From assembly GCF_964204645.1 (NCBI RefSeq), contig NC_134027.1:22716560-22780559 (forward strand): DNA of 64,000 nucleotides, in the 5' to 3' direction. Both the position numbers and the translations under genes were made by a program. Position 1 is the stretch's first letter. Each line of letters starts with the position of its first letter. A model generated the notes under the pieces. The model had not been told where the DNA came from. It searched no databases and saw only the letters and a program-made list of their open reading frames with translations. This DNA is from Tubulanus polymorphus (lineage: Eukaryota > Animalia > Nemertea). Below, one piece after another: positions 39,250 to 52,384 of this stretch.

Positions 39250-39685
39250 CTACATACCTTTTGCTATCATCAGGTGAAAATGTCCAATGTTTCAACTCCA
39301 TGCAATGTTTCAACTGTAAACAAGTAGCTATCATCAGGCGGAAACATGCAATGTTTCAGCTCCATGCAATGTTTCAACTGTATCCTAGTAGCTATCATCA
39401 GGTGGACGTATGCAATGTTTTAGCTATATACTAGTAGCAATTATCAGGTGGACACAAGATCCAAGCAACGTAAAGCCAAATATAACATGCTATGTTTCAG
39501 CTACATACTAGTAGCTATCATCAGGTGGACACATGCAACGTTTCCGCTACATACTAGTAGCTATCATCAGGTGGACACATGCAACGTTTCCGCTACATAC
39601 TAGTAGCTATCATCAGGTGGACACATGCAATGTTTCAGCTACATACTAGTAGCTATCATCAGGTGGACACATGCAATGTTTCGGC
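39250..39685 (-). repeat. 46-bp tandem array of hammerhead-like units
   Basis: Minus-strand unit tgtccacCTGATGAtagctactagtatgtagc(t/g)GAAAc(a/g)ttgcatg; 4 regular copies at 39486-39668 plus 3-4 degenerate copies. Confidence 0.8.
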
Positions 39686-40139
39686 CCCATACTACAGAAC
39701 TATCGACAGAACATACTTGGCTACAGAACTTTCGTCTTTTAGAACGGTCTAAGTCCGAGTTTGTGGAACCGCTCGGCGTGCTTTAATCATTATGAAATAG
39801 TTTCGCCCAGGTTTGATTAAATCGCAATTAGACAATGGCGTCACACGCGATATTTCTGCAGAAGCCATCAACGGGTGGAATGTAATAAAACACGTCGTGT
39901 TACGCCGGTAACCGAATCTATTTATATTGATCGACGTGTTGAACGCGGTCACACCCAAAAATTGATACATTATGTATTAAATTGATGACATTCGTAATGC
40001 GCAGCACGGCGCGGCGCGATCGGTGAGTGGCGATGAAATTTTGCAATCGTTTGACATTTTCGACGGAACTGGAAAGTTTCGAAACTTTTTCTTCGAAACC
40101 CTGTTCGCCTGTTTGACAAACGCTGCCGCCGGACTTTCG

Positions 40140-40466
40140 CATCCTCCCCCGGCAGGTATTCGAACCCGATGGCATCGAGATTGCCACTGCTACACTAGAT
40201 CGAGCGCGTAGCTACACGCGCAGCTTAGATGATGTCATTATCAGCCAATCAGATATCCCATTTTATTTTAGCCCGGGTTTACCATTTAGAGTTCTTCCTT
40301 GAAATTTACCTCAGTGATTATACAACGAGCAATCTGATTGGTGCCGCAAGTTTTCGTGTGGCAAAGCTGCGCATGTACCTGCGCACTCGGTCTAGTGTGG
40401 CAGGGGTTCGTGCCGTGGCTGAGTGTAGCGATGCCATCAGGTTCAAATCCCTGCCAAGGGAGGATG
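40140..40466 (+). mobile_element. hAT-like MITE, complete copy
   Basis: TIRs catcctcccccggcaggtattcgaacccgatggcatcg / cgatgccatcaggttcaaatccctgccaagggaggatg; 8-bp TSD gactttcg/gactttcc (7/8). Partial copies at about 15660-15833, 24290-24415, 34515-34620 and 61478-61800. Confidence 0.8.
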
Positions 40467-40689
40467 GACTTTCCATGAAAAGTTGTTTGAAAACCGATTG
40501 GATTTTGATTATCAGATGGGGTACTTGCGCAACACCCCGGTGTTTTACACGACAGGTCTGTGAAATTCAGGTGAAATATCAATGGCCCTTCCAGAAATCG
40601 AAGATGACATCAGGATTAAGCTGAAGTTTCTGTATTTTGGGGGGGGATTGAAGGCTTCGCTTCTTCAGCAGCCACATTTAAATAGGCCC

Positions 40690-40715
40690 TAATAATAGTA
40701 ATGATAATAATAATA

Positions 40716-40755
<40 letters not shown>

Positions 40756-40783
40756 TAATAATAATAATAATAATGATAATAAT
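40690..40783 (+). repeat. (AAT)n microsatellite
   Basis: Seen directly. Confidence 0.95.
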
Positions 40784-41557
40784 CATTTATTCATTTATTT
40801 AGTGGGCACGTGTTCGGACCCACTATATGGTTTCCCACAGTACAGGAAAATTGGGAAAAAACTTGGGATTTTTCGTAATAATACTCCCAGTTTGGAAATA
40901 TTTGAGAATTTCAGATTGAAATTTTCCTCTAATCATGGACATTTTTGGGAAATTCATTTACATTTCACATATTGCATTTGCCAAGGGGACCTTCTTCAAC
41001 AATTTCTCTTTGAGAATCGCCTTTATCAGCCAGTAACAATTAGTATGTTAACTGTAGTATGATGATATATTTTTACGAAGGCTCCATTTTCCATATTTGG
41101 AAAAATCTAAAAAAAAGCACCGGTGAAATACTTGGGAAAATGTTGGGAATTTCTGATTGGTGTAACTGTGGTAACCATGGCATAAGAGCCTGACGCGAAG
41201 ATAAAACAGTCGCCTTTTCTCCTGATTGTTTGTTATATACGTAGCTCTCATCGACAATGCTTCGGAGAAAAGACGGTCTTATTTCGATTAGCATGTCGGA
41301 ACGCGCGGATCTTACGACCTGAAGTACGCAGTACTAGAGCACCGCGTGGTTCTTCGCTTGTTCGTGGCCGCCACCCTTTGAAGTACGCGATACTGGCGGA
41401 ACCGCCGATCACTGCGGAATCATCGTGGAATCAACGCGGGTATACCCCCTCCCCCCTCATTGAAATGAATTAACTTTCAGCGGTTATTTAGCCTCGATGT
41501 ATATGTGTTTTATCGATATATTTACCTATTTCAAATTTTGAAAAACTTTTCTTGCAG

Positions 41558-41608
41558 GCAAATAATTCGTACATCAGAGATCAATGGTTGCACTCGATTC
41601 AATGGAAG
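41558..41608 (+). CDS. CMIP: CMIP exon 3
   Basis: ttgcag|ANNSYIRDQWLHSIQWK|gtgagt (PH C-terminal helix). Confidence 0.95.
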
Positions 41609-41659
41609 GTGAGTTTAAAAAACGCTTCATTAGATGCGTATGCTAGTAATTATCAAACT

Positions 41660-42110
41660 CAGAACTGTAGAACTGGACCCAGAGTTGAATGATTAAACCC
41701 ACGCAATTGTGAAACTGGGTCCAGATATAAATTGTCAAACCCTCACAACTGCGGAACTGGGTCCTGAGTGAAATTAAACCCATAGAACTGTGGAACTGTG
41801 TGCTAAGTCAAATTAAGCCACTTGGCAACAGAACTGGATCCAGAGTAAAACTAAACCCACATTGTATTGCTTTGTCCTAAGTCCAATTAAACCCACACAA
41901 CTGTTGAACTGGGTGCAGAATCAATTTAAACCCACACTACTGTGGAGCTGGATTCAGTGTCATATTAAACCCAGACAACTGAGGAACTGGATTCAGAGTC
42001 AAATTAAACCCACGCAACTGTGGAACTGGGTGTAGAGTCAAACTATACCTGTGCAATTGTGAAACTGGATCCAGTATCAATCAAACCCACACAACTGTGT
42101 CACCGAGTCA
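41660..42110 (-). repeat. 39-bp minisatellite array
   Basis: Same unit, reverse orientation, about 50 bp after CMIP exon 3. Confidence 0.85.
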
Positions 42111-42504
42111 TTTGAACTGTGTTTAGCATCAAACTGAAGCCCTAATTTGATCTCCATCTGTGTTTAACTCTGTTGACAGTGTCCGGAAATCATCGTCAAC
42201 CTTTCAATACGGCGCTTTGATAACGTATCACAAAAAGCTATATTTTAATTGGATCGACTGTTTGAAGATAGCTCCGAGAACTCTATCATCCCCGCGTGTG
42301 CAGATCAATCATAGCGGGTGTGGCCGCAGTCACCCTTTCAACGCGTGCTGTTTATGCGATTCAGATTTTTGGAACGTACCCAATTTCCTTCAACCGAATT
42401 CGAAGCAAATCTAAAACAAAGTGAATATGATCCCCGTGTGTGAAATACACGGTTATCTCGACGAATAGAATGCTAATTGTCGTGATTCAAATTTAAAACC
42501 TATG

Positions 42505-43310
42505 GTCGTATCTCATGATTCCATCAGGTTCAAATCCCCGTGAAGGAGAAATGTGGCAGTCTCGATGCTATCGGGTTAAATTCCTGTGAAGGAGGAATGT
42601 GGCAGTCTCATGATGCCATCAGGTTCAAATCCCTGTGAGGGATGAATGTGGCAGTCTCGAAGCTATTGGGTCAAATTCCTGTGAAGGAGGCATGTGGCAG
42701 TCTCATGATGCTATCAGGTTCAAATCCCTGTTAGGGAGGAATGTGGCAGAGTCTCATGATGCTATCAGGTTCAAATCCCTGTTAGGGAGGAATGTGACAG
42801 TCGCATGATGCTATCAGGTTCAAATCCATGTGAGGGAGGAATGTGACAGTCGCATGATGCTATCAGGTTCAAATCCCTGTGAGGGATGAATGTGGCAGTC
42901 TCATGATGCCGTCAGGTTCAAATCCCTATGAAGGAGGAATGTGGCAGTCTCATGATGCCATCAGGTTAAAATCCCTCTGAAGGAGGAATGTGGCAGTCTC
43001 ATGATGCCATCAGGTTAAAATCCCTGTGAAGGAGGAATGTGACAGTCTCATGATGCCATCGGGTTCAAATCCCTGTGACGGAAGAATGTGGCAGTCTCAT
43101 GATGCCATCAGGTTAAAATCCCTGTGAAGGAGGAATGTGGCAGTCTCATGATGCCATCAGGTTAAAATCCCTGTGACGGAAGAATGTGGCAGTCTCATGA
43201 TGCCATCGGGTTCAAATTCCTGTGAAGGAGGAATGTGGCAGGCTCATGATGCTATCAGGTTCAAATCCCTGTGAGGGAGGAATGTGACAGTCTCATGATG
43301 CTATCAGGGC
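42505..43310 (+). repeat. 49-bp minisatellite array
   Basis: Unit ggaggaatgtggcagtctcatgatgccatcaggttcaaatccctgtgaa; about 16 copies. Confidence 0.9.
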
Positions 43311-43924
43311 ATACGCTCGCGTAATACTGAGGAAACCCTGCTATGACGTCATCACCTATTCATTAGCATAACAAAACAATGTAGGTGGCGCCAGGTTACG
43401 CGCCGCGGAAGCCGTTTTTCAGCATTGCGGTACGGGAACGATCTTGAATTCGATTTGCGGAAATATTATAGCTAGGTGCTGGCAACGCTGCCGTTGTCAA
43501 GTTTTAATCCATCCTAGCGTCGTGCTCGTCAAATGTCGACCCACCGTTATTATGTATCAAAAAATGTCAAGTCTGAAAATAAACCTACGGTTTTTTGTGA
43601 ACGTACGTAAACGAGGCGCGCGCATCCTATATTTAACTACCGCCTGAGGTTACGCGCTACTCATCGCGTAAATAACGATCTATTTTTAGGAATTTTGACT
43701 CATCTGATTTCATTTGTTTCTTTTTTTTTTGATCGTCGTAAAATGTACGTATAGTTCTGCGCTGTTTACCGGGACTCGAGCCCGGAGGCCGATTTGCGAA
43801 AACGTGACGAACGAAATTATGATTCGAATGTCTATATTTAACGTTTTCGCGTCGAAAATAGACGAAATTGTTTACAGTCGTATACGAATACTGACGCTCG
43901 AAAATTGACGGTCGTGGGAGTTTA

Positions 43925-44115
43925 TTGTTTGACACTGAATCCAGCTCCACAGTTGTGTGGGTTTAATTTGGACCAAGCTATACACTTGTGTGGGTTTGAA
44001 TTTACTCCGGACCCAGTTCCAAAGCGGTGTGGGTTTTATTTGACTTAGCATTCAGTTGTGTGTGTGGTTTTAACATTACTCTGGACCCAGTTCCACAGTT
44101 GTGCGGGTTTGATAA
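43925..44115 (+). repeat. 39-bp minisatellite, short array
   Basis: Same unit. Confidence 0.8.
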
Positions 44116-45750
44116 TTTTTATTTTCTTATAATTTCTAATCGTCAGATTTTCCTTTCATTTTTTTTCTTCTTGCTGAGTGCTTGTGACCGTGGCCTTGAG
44201 AGGCTTTGCTTGGCCCACACAGAAAGCTTCTTTTCTCCGTTTTTATAATTGTACTTGTTTGAAAATAGTAAATTTTATTGTTTGTTTGTTTTTTCTCTCA
44301 ATCTCTGTACAAAGCCTGTCATGCATTCCATGAAATAAATTTTAATTTGAACTTGAACTTAAACTTGAAGATCTCGTAATGATTTGTTCGCATTAGGCTT
44401 ACAGTAACTACAGAAGAAATTAAATTCTACAATTTCTATTTACATGTATGAAAAATCTGACAAAAGCCGCGTTTAATGGATCCGCCTTTTTAAAAGTCAG
44501 CTCTGTTCCGGTATATTCCGGACTGACGTGGCTTGCAGCAAGTCTACTAAGTGCTACGTTATGTAAAAAATTTGTTAAGGACCTGAATCGTGCTTAATTT
44601 TTACAAAAACGCCCAACAAGTGTGGAAAAGTGCTAGTTTTGGATTTAGGCCCCATAGCTGTGATCACATGAGGGTTTTTAGCACGGGCCAAATTTGGCAC
44701 GAAACAACTGTTCACACTGTGGCCAAATGATTTTAGTACGGGACGAATGATTGCATTTGAATTGCAACTGGGTCCGGAAATGACTCGCTTGCTTTGTGGA
44801 TTTCTTGTTCAGTACCGAGTTGGTGGCTCGTTCTCTAATTAGGCACGGGCCATATTTGACTCGGACCTGATCCGCGCCAATTCACATCGGGTCGCATCAT
44901 CTCCGTGTGATCGCTGCTTTTGACTTAGGCCTTATAAGGCGATCTGTGAATTTTTGGTCACTACGCTCGTAATGTGATAATACTTCGTAAGTGTTGATTA
45001 AATAATCTTAAGCCAAGCACAAATCACTTCTGGACAATTAACATGTCGTAGTGCGTGAATAATGGAACAGATTTGTCGACGCGTTGTTGTTGTTGATTTG
45101 TCTGATAAATCATGATGAGCGGAGAGTTACAATAGCCGCGATCACGATTTGGACCGGGTCGCGCAGCTCAAATGTATACGAGTTTGAAATAAGAATATTT
45201 CAAGTCAAAAGTTGATTATTTCTAATAATTTATCGCATAGTACAGTGAAATATATATCACCAGTTGAAAAAGAGTTCACGGTTCAACAATATTCCAGTTC
45301 GAAGTAAGAAATATTACACATTAAAAGTCCATTATTTCTAATAATTTATCGCATCGCACAGTAGAATATACCACTAATTAGAACACAGTTCACAGTTCGA
45401 AAATATTCCAGTTCGAATTTAGAACAATGTTACAAATGAAAATTTCATTAATTCTATCAATTCTTACGATTTATTCAATTCAAAGATTTCATTTAAGATA
45501 CATTCAATTTAAGAGTTCATCGCACGGCTCAAAGTATATTATTGCAGTCTAATCGCGAGTGAATAGAATTGGAGAAATATATTGCTTTGAAACGGTCTTG
45601 GAAAAATCGCCGAGTGACCTACTTCGAAGATTTGGGGAGTTTTTACCGACAGGGATTTCTACCTGCGTTCTTGCGTGTCTCGGGACGTCACAACGATCGT
45701 ATACGTAATCGCGCTGTCTTGAATATAATTTCCGAACTTTCTTTTTCCAG

Positions 45751-45822
45751 CGACACATGTTGAAATACGGTAAATTACTGAAGAACACTAGACGTCCAGA
45801 TGTATTGATAAAGGAAATAACG
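45751..45822 (+). CDS. CMIP: CMIP exon 4
   Basis: ttttccag|RHMLKYGKLLKNTRRPDVLIKEIT|gtaagt. Confidence 0.9.
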
Positions 45823-45976
45823 GTAAGTCATTTCCTCTGTTTCCTCCCCGGGAGTCGTCTGTCGTCGGTTCCTGTACGTGGGTCGACCCCCGATTAACTG
45901 CCCACATCGGCGACATCATCGAAGGTCGATTTATACGATACTTGGCGAAAAACGTCTCTCAAAACGGGATCTTCCT

Positions 45977-47849
45977 TAAGCAATCATTTATTTATTATGT
46001 ATGCATGAAATTTGAATACTTCAACCTCCCCATCCCCCTGTACGCAAAATCGGCCATTTTTCATATACATTTAGCATTACAGTACGCAATAAACCATTTT
46101 ACAGTTGCTAGCTGCCATTTTGTTAGGGTACTTTTGTCCTGTATTGTTGGGTCATTTTTTTCTCTTTTTTAAAAACTATCCGTGATGTGTATTGTATCAT
46201 ATTTCATCTGTCCATGGATGGATTTTGACAACTTCAGCAACATTCAAACCGCGTGAATCTCTAGTTTTCAGTTATGTTAAAATCATTTCTCAAATTTACA
46301 ACAATGCGACATGAGAGCGATATAAAAATCGGTGGTCAGTTTTTGCCGCGCGCATAGAAATCCAGGGTACTGAACTTTGAAGTTCGTTATATTCAGAAAT
46401 AATTTTCTAAAAAATCCAAACATTTCAAGAACTGTGCGCATAAATGCCCCCTTTCTGGTGAACTTTGAAATTTTAAGATATCTTGCCTAGTTTTTTTCCT
46501 ATGGCTCTTTAACTGCAGCGCGTGTATTGTCATTCCGAGATTCGGTGCTGTTTTCTTTGCGTGTATATCAGTATATGGGTGTTATTTCTTCATTTTCACT
46601 ACACTTGTCTCTACGGAAAATGGTTTTAATTGTTGGTACGAGTATCAGGTTTAAATATTACGGCATTAATACTGTATTCCGTTCTCCGGCGCTAGTTCGT
46701 AATGGCTGTAATGGTAACCGCTTTTACGGCAGGCAGAGGCTTACGTACATGCACCCAAGAAAACCCAAAATATCACTCTTTTGTTGTAAATGCAATCCAC
46801 ACACTTCTTGCATTTTTGTGATGGTAGATGTCACTTTTTACTTTTTATCACCTGCGTCTGACATTCGAACTTGATACTTGATATTTCACCACCAAAACAA
46901 GAAAACGTTTTCCTATATTTTCTTCACAATCTAATCAATCTTGAGTGTACTTAATAGAAAGTATTCATAGAAAGTAGCTGAATATTTGCCCCACCCCATT
47001 TGTCCAGCTTTTTGACCACTTCTCCATCCATCTAATTTCAGTAGATTTTTATATAAATTTATTGATAGACTACTGATTTAAATGGTCATCATACTCGATT
47101 TTGAGTGCTATATTTCTTTTCTTCTTCCATCTCAATATAGGCCCATATATTCTCTTCCGCGCGCAACTTCGAATGCGTGATCAAAATGCCGCTCAGTCTC
47201 GCTGCTAAAACTGGTCAGAAAAATCCCTTAAACCCCAACATCTCTAATGTCTCCGATCTATTATATTGCATAAACGACGTGATATTTAAACCTGATACTC
47301 GTACCAACAATTAAAACCATTTTCCGTAGAGACAAGTGTAGTGAAAATGAAGAAAAAACTCCCATATACTGAAATACACGCACAGAAAACAGCGCCGAAT
47401 CTCGGAATGACAATACACGCGCTGCAGTTAAAGTGCCATAGGCATTTATGCGCACAGTTCTTGAAATGCTTGGATTTTTTAGAAAATTATTTCTGAAAAT
47501 AACGAACTTCAAAGTTCAGTACCCTGGATTTCTATGCGCACGGCAAAAACTGACCACCGATTTTTATATCGCTTTCATGTCGCATTGTTGTAAATTTGAG
47601 AAATGATTTTAACATAACTGAAAACTAGAGATTCACGGGGTTTGAATGTGGCTGAAGTTGTCAAAATCCATCCATGGACAGATGAAATATGATACAATAC
47701 ACATCACGGATAGTTTTTAAAAAAGAGAAAAAAATGACCCAACAATACGGGACAAAAGTTCCCTAACAAAATGGCGGCTAGCAACTGTAAAATGGTTTAT
47801 TGCACTGACCCCTCCCCTAATGCGTACGTAATAAATGAATGATTCCTTA
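45977..47849. mobile_element. Foldback-type non-autonomous DNA transposon with very long inverted arms
   Basis: 46086-46659 is the reverse complement of 47282-47804 (one ~55-bp indel); outer ends taagcaatcatttatttattatgtatgcat / atgcgtacgtaataaatgaatgattcctta; spacer about 620 bp. Confidence 0.85.
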
Positions 47850-48497
47850 TCATTAGTCGCGATCGCACAAGCATTTTTGGCCGGGGTGTGTAAAATTTGG
47901 CCCAGAACAACTGTTCACACGGATGCCAAAATGGCCCAGTGCCTATTTGGCCCCACCAAAAACGTCGGACTAGGCCGGAGCCAAATTTTAGCACCGGACA
48001 AATGATTGCGTTTGAATTGTTACTGGTTTCGGAAACTGCTCTGCACTTGCCTTTGTTTGGGCATTGTTTAGCATTGAGTGAGTGGTTTGCGTGTCTAATT
48101 AGCTACGGGCCAAATTTGACTCGGGCCTGATCCGTGCCAATATGGCCAAATCGTCTCCCTGTGATCGCGGCTTAAATCCTGCATCAAATTTTGGTGGTAT
48201 CCCAGTTTGCTTATCGATTTAAGTTGTTACAGCCTGTGGGCTCTGTGACTCACTTATCGATTTAAACTCGCATTTCATAATCTTTATGTGAAAAATAAAT
48301 TATATTTATATAAGTTTCTTATCAAGAAAACAATGGAAGGAATTGAATGAAACGCCGTCTTGTGGCGAAAATCAGAAATTTCTCGTGTCCTGTTGGGACG
48401 GTGTGAACGCACTAAAAGGGTCCTTAATTCCGGAATTGAATAATGAATATCTGAATTGAACGTCTTTTCGATTATCGGAATTATTTGTTTATTTCAG

Positions 48498-48587
48498 AGT
48501 ATGATCGACGTATCATTGACAACTCCGATCCAAGACATCAGCGTTTCACAGTTTCCTTTAGATCTCGTTTCTGAATTACTACAACAG
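48498..48587 (+). CDS. CMIP: CMIP exon 5
   Basis: tttcag|SMIDVSLTTPIQDISVSQFPLDLVSELLQQ|gttcgt. Confidence 0.9.
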
Positions 48588-48835
48588 GTTCGTCGTACTC
48601 GCCATTTCGCAACTGGTTTCGTACGTTCGTAATGAATCTCCGTTTTACTCAAAAACTCTCATACCCTCGCTCTCAAACCCTCGAAACGGAAACGTCGTTT
48701 TCGACGGATATGCGTGGCAGACGATGAAATCAACTTCGCATTTCATCGGATGCATTTGAAACTAAAAGCGTTTGGAAGTCATAGTGAATATTCTTCAGAC
48801 CGAGTTCATCGTAGATGATAAAAATCAGTCTGTTG

Positions 48836-49270
48836 TTAACCCATTAGCACTCAAGCCGCGCGAATCCGCCCCGGCACTTTTTTCGTATGCTGCACGAAAA
48901 CGGTTATAGTGGGATTCGAATCCAATAGCTCATGATAAATTAGACACCTAAGTCCTCGAAATACCGAACAGAAAACAACATCCTCCTATTTCAATTTCTC
49001 GAGTATTGCGAGTCTGAACATGATGTACCTAAGCGCTCACTTAAAATTCAAGTAAATTTGAATGAATTTTGGGGAGGACGCGATTTTGGTGGCCCACCTC
49101 ATCGAATATTACATCGAATGAAAGCCTTGACTATTTACTACAAAATAACACGAACTTGTAATGCATGGAAATAAACAGCAAATGAGCTATTCGGTATCTT
49201 GAATTTTCCCTTGAATTTTTTGAGGAGTAATTGACACTACATAGTGAAATTCCTGAGTGCTAATGGGTTA
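48836..49270 (+). mobile_element. piggyBac-like MITE family B
   Basis: TTAA|CCCATTAGCACTCA ... TGAGTGCTAATGGG|TTAC; related partial copies at about 53686-53990 (+) and 58961-59455 (-). Confidence 0.75.
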
Positions 49271-50304
49271 CACGAGAAATTTACTCGGGTATCATTTTGT
49301 TCGGTATCGTCTTCAAAAAGAATCCCGTCGCGTGAAGTCATTTCAATTGTCTTTTGGTACTTGGCGCATAGTGGCGAGTGTTGCCGATTGAGACTTTGAC
49401 CTCCATTAACCTGAATTCGATTTAAAGCGAATGACGCACGCGCTGATTTCAACAAACGCCTTTGATATCGATATATTGCGCGGTTCGATTGCGTACATTA
49501 TGAAACAGGGTGTGGCCGTTTTGTGTAACCTTAAACTTATGTGAATCGATCATTTTAAATGCCTTCATCGTGTATCGAATGCTCTTGAAATGCTCCTTCA
49601 TTTCTGGAATTGATACTGTTAGTGGGGGGTGGGGCAATTCTTAATCTGTTTCGGGTGAATGAATAAACTTCCGCAGAACCTGGAATTCTCTGTATAACTG
49701 CCCGATGGTACTTTTACATTTTGAAAAATGAAAACCATCTATTCAATCGTTGGAGCATTTGAATTTTCGATTCCGTTAAGGGTGGTTCCGAGAATGTGCA
49801 AATCCTAACATTCATGGGGACATCGAAGGCTGGCTCCGAGAGGATTTATTCAGTTAGTAAGAATGTCATTGACGGGAACTTTCGTTATACATTAAACACA
49901 CGTATTCAATAGGGATGGCTCCAAGCATATCCGAATCATGACATTTGTGGCGATATCAAAGGCTGGCTCCGAGTTGTTTTTGTTTTGGAGTCAGTGAGAT
50001 TGTCCGTCATGGAAACATTAGCTGATAGCTAACACGTGTACCCAAAGGGTTGGCTCCAAGTATTGCCGTTCAGAGCCATCCATCCGTCCATCCGTGGATA
50101 GCTCTTGGTGGATATGATTTTGATGCCGGTTAAGGATGTCCATTCATGAAAACTTTGTTTCTAATAACGTACCATATGAACAATATACATGATTAATAAT
50201 CTCACTTTCAATGAGAATTTTGTAACAGTATTCTGTGTTAAGCCGTAAAAGAAGAGCACATTGTAGAAATATTCCGAAGACAAATCTCATACGTTTCTTT
50301 ACAG

Positions 50305-50409
50305 AATGGTAACATATCAAAAGTTGCCCATGAAAACATAATCGTTGCTCTGGCTCCTTTATTAGAGAACAATCACCCGACTCAAGAAATATGCGACTTT
50401 TTTACCAAG
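50305..50409 (+). CDS. CMIP: CMIP exon 6
   Basis: tttacag|NGNISKVAHENIIVALAPLLENNHPTQEICDFFTK|gtaagt; HENIIVA.APLLENNHP is diagnostic. Confidence 0.96.
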
Positions 50410-50469
50410 GTAAGTGGCCATTAGACTCCTGAGTCCCTGCCTCATCGTACCCTTATGAAATATCACGGT

Positions 50470-51100
50470 TGTGTATATTCAATTTTGATTCTGGATCCAG
50501 TCCCATGTGTGGGTTTAATTTGACTCTGGATCCGGTTCCACAGTTATGTGGGTTTAATTTGACTCTGGATCCAGTTCCACAGTTGTGTGGGTTTAATTTG
50601 ACTCTGGATCCAGTTCCACAGTTGTGTGGGTTTCACTTGACTCTGGGTCCAGTTCCACAGTTATGTGGGTTTAATTTGACTCTGGATCCAGTTCCACAGT
50701 TATGTGGGTTTAATTTGACTCCGGATCCAGTTCCACAGTTGTGTGGGTTCAATTTGACTCCAGATCCAGTTCCACAGTTATGTGGGTTTAATTTGACTCC
50801 GGATCCAGTTCCACAGTTGTGTGGGTTCAATTTGACTCCGGATCCAGTTCCATAGTTGTGTGGGTTTAATTTGACTCTGGATCCAGTTCCACAGTTATGT
50901 GGGTTTAATTTGACTCCGGATCCAGTTCCACAGTTATGTGGGTTTAATTTGACTCCGGATCAAGTTCCACAGTTGTGTGTGTTTAATTTGACTCCGGATC
51001 CAGTTCCACAGTTGTGTGGGTTTGATTTGACTCTGGATCCGGTTCCACAGTTGTGTGGGTTTAATTCTAGTCTGGATCCAGTTCCACAGTTGTGTGTATC
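50470..51100 (+). repeat. 39-bp minisatellite array (most homogeneous)
   Basis: About 16 near-identical units. Confidence 0.92.
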
Positions 51101-51971
51101 TAAATTAACGCATAGTCCGCCCGAGCCATTAATTGGTATTTGAACCATTAATAAATTCCTGAACTCATGTAGCGTTTTTAGTTTCGATATTTCCGCTTTC
51201 ATTTTCATTCGTTTTCTCTTCACTTTGTTTTTATTTCCCTCTTGATTTATTATAGTATATGAATAAAACGGAATTGTTTAAAATGATGGGAAAGGTATCG
51301 CTTACGAAACGGATACATGTTTACTGTCGAACTGTGCATTTTTTCAAATCGAAAATTCACAAAAATTCGCCGACGTTTTTAACACCGTTCGTTGCCATGG
51401 CGATTCTTCCGGTTGTTTCACCGATTTAAATCTATTTTATAATAATCTGTTGTTTTGACATTGTCCTTGTCCAGAATTGACCGACGAGCATCGATTGGTG
51501 AAGCAGAGTTTACATTGCCAGCCAATCAGGATTGTTCTCTGAAATTATATTTAGACATTTCATGATAGTAATGGCAGCAGACCATAAGTATGAGATGTTT
51601 CATAGTGGCAATGGTGATAGAACCAGAACTTTGAGATATCTCAAGTAGCAATGGTGATAGAACCAGAACTTAGAGGTATCTCAAGTAGTAATGATGGTAG
51701 AGCCCGAAGTATGAGATATCTGGCAGCGAAGGTGTTAAGAAGGTCTCTGATTGAATCTGTTTTCACAAATTTAGTTGAATTCATCAAAGTGTTTTTGTGT
51801 CACGAAGAAACTGACGGGATGGCTGTAGCCGTCTATGGAACCTAATGTAGAATTCTTAGTCGATATTAAGAGAGAGGGATTGCACAAATGTCATACCAAA
51901 GAGCGCATAAAATTCATAATCTCTCTAGGATGGGCTCATTCAAAATTTGTCTAAGTTCCATGGTTGTGGGT

Positions 51972-52267
51972 TTAACCCCTTTGGTGCTGACTAATTAATA
52001 CCCTCAAGTGCTGGAAATAATTTGAAAATGTTTGAAAAATTCCAACCAAGTGCATACAATAATAGGCATCAACTATAGTGCATCTACACCGCAGCGCGGT
52101 GTATCGTTAGTAACTTATATCTAACAGTGTTTGATAGGTGCTGCCATCTTTCATTAGAGATAATAAACGTTTACGAGTTACATCAATATACCGCATTGCG
52201 GTGTACTAGCAAATTACATCAGCGATTTATACACCGCGATGCGGTGTAGACGCACTGAAAGGGTTAA
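51972..52267 (-). mobile_element. piggyBac-like MITE family A
   Basis: Both TIRs with TTAA. Confidence 0.85.
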
Positions 52268-52384
52268 TTCTTACTAGGACCAATTTCTACAGCTGATTGA
52301 GTTTGATTCGTGTTGAGATGAGCTGTGCCGAGAATATTTTCATTTCAGGAACTTACCCCGGGGTACTGTGTGCAATCCCTCTGT

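Noticed and set aside
46660-47281. Transposase gene in the foldback spacer
   Set aside because: No long ORF or DDE-like motif visible.
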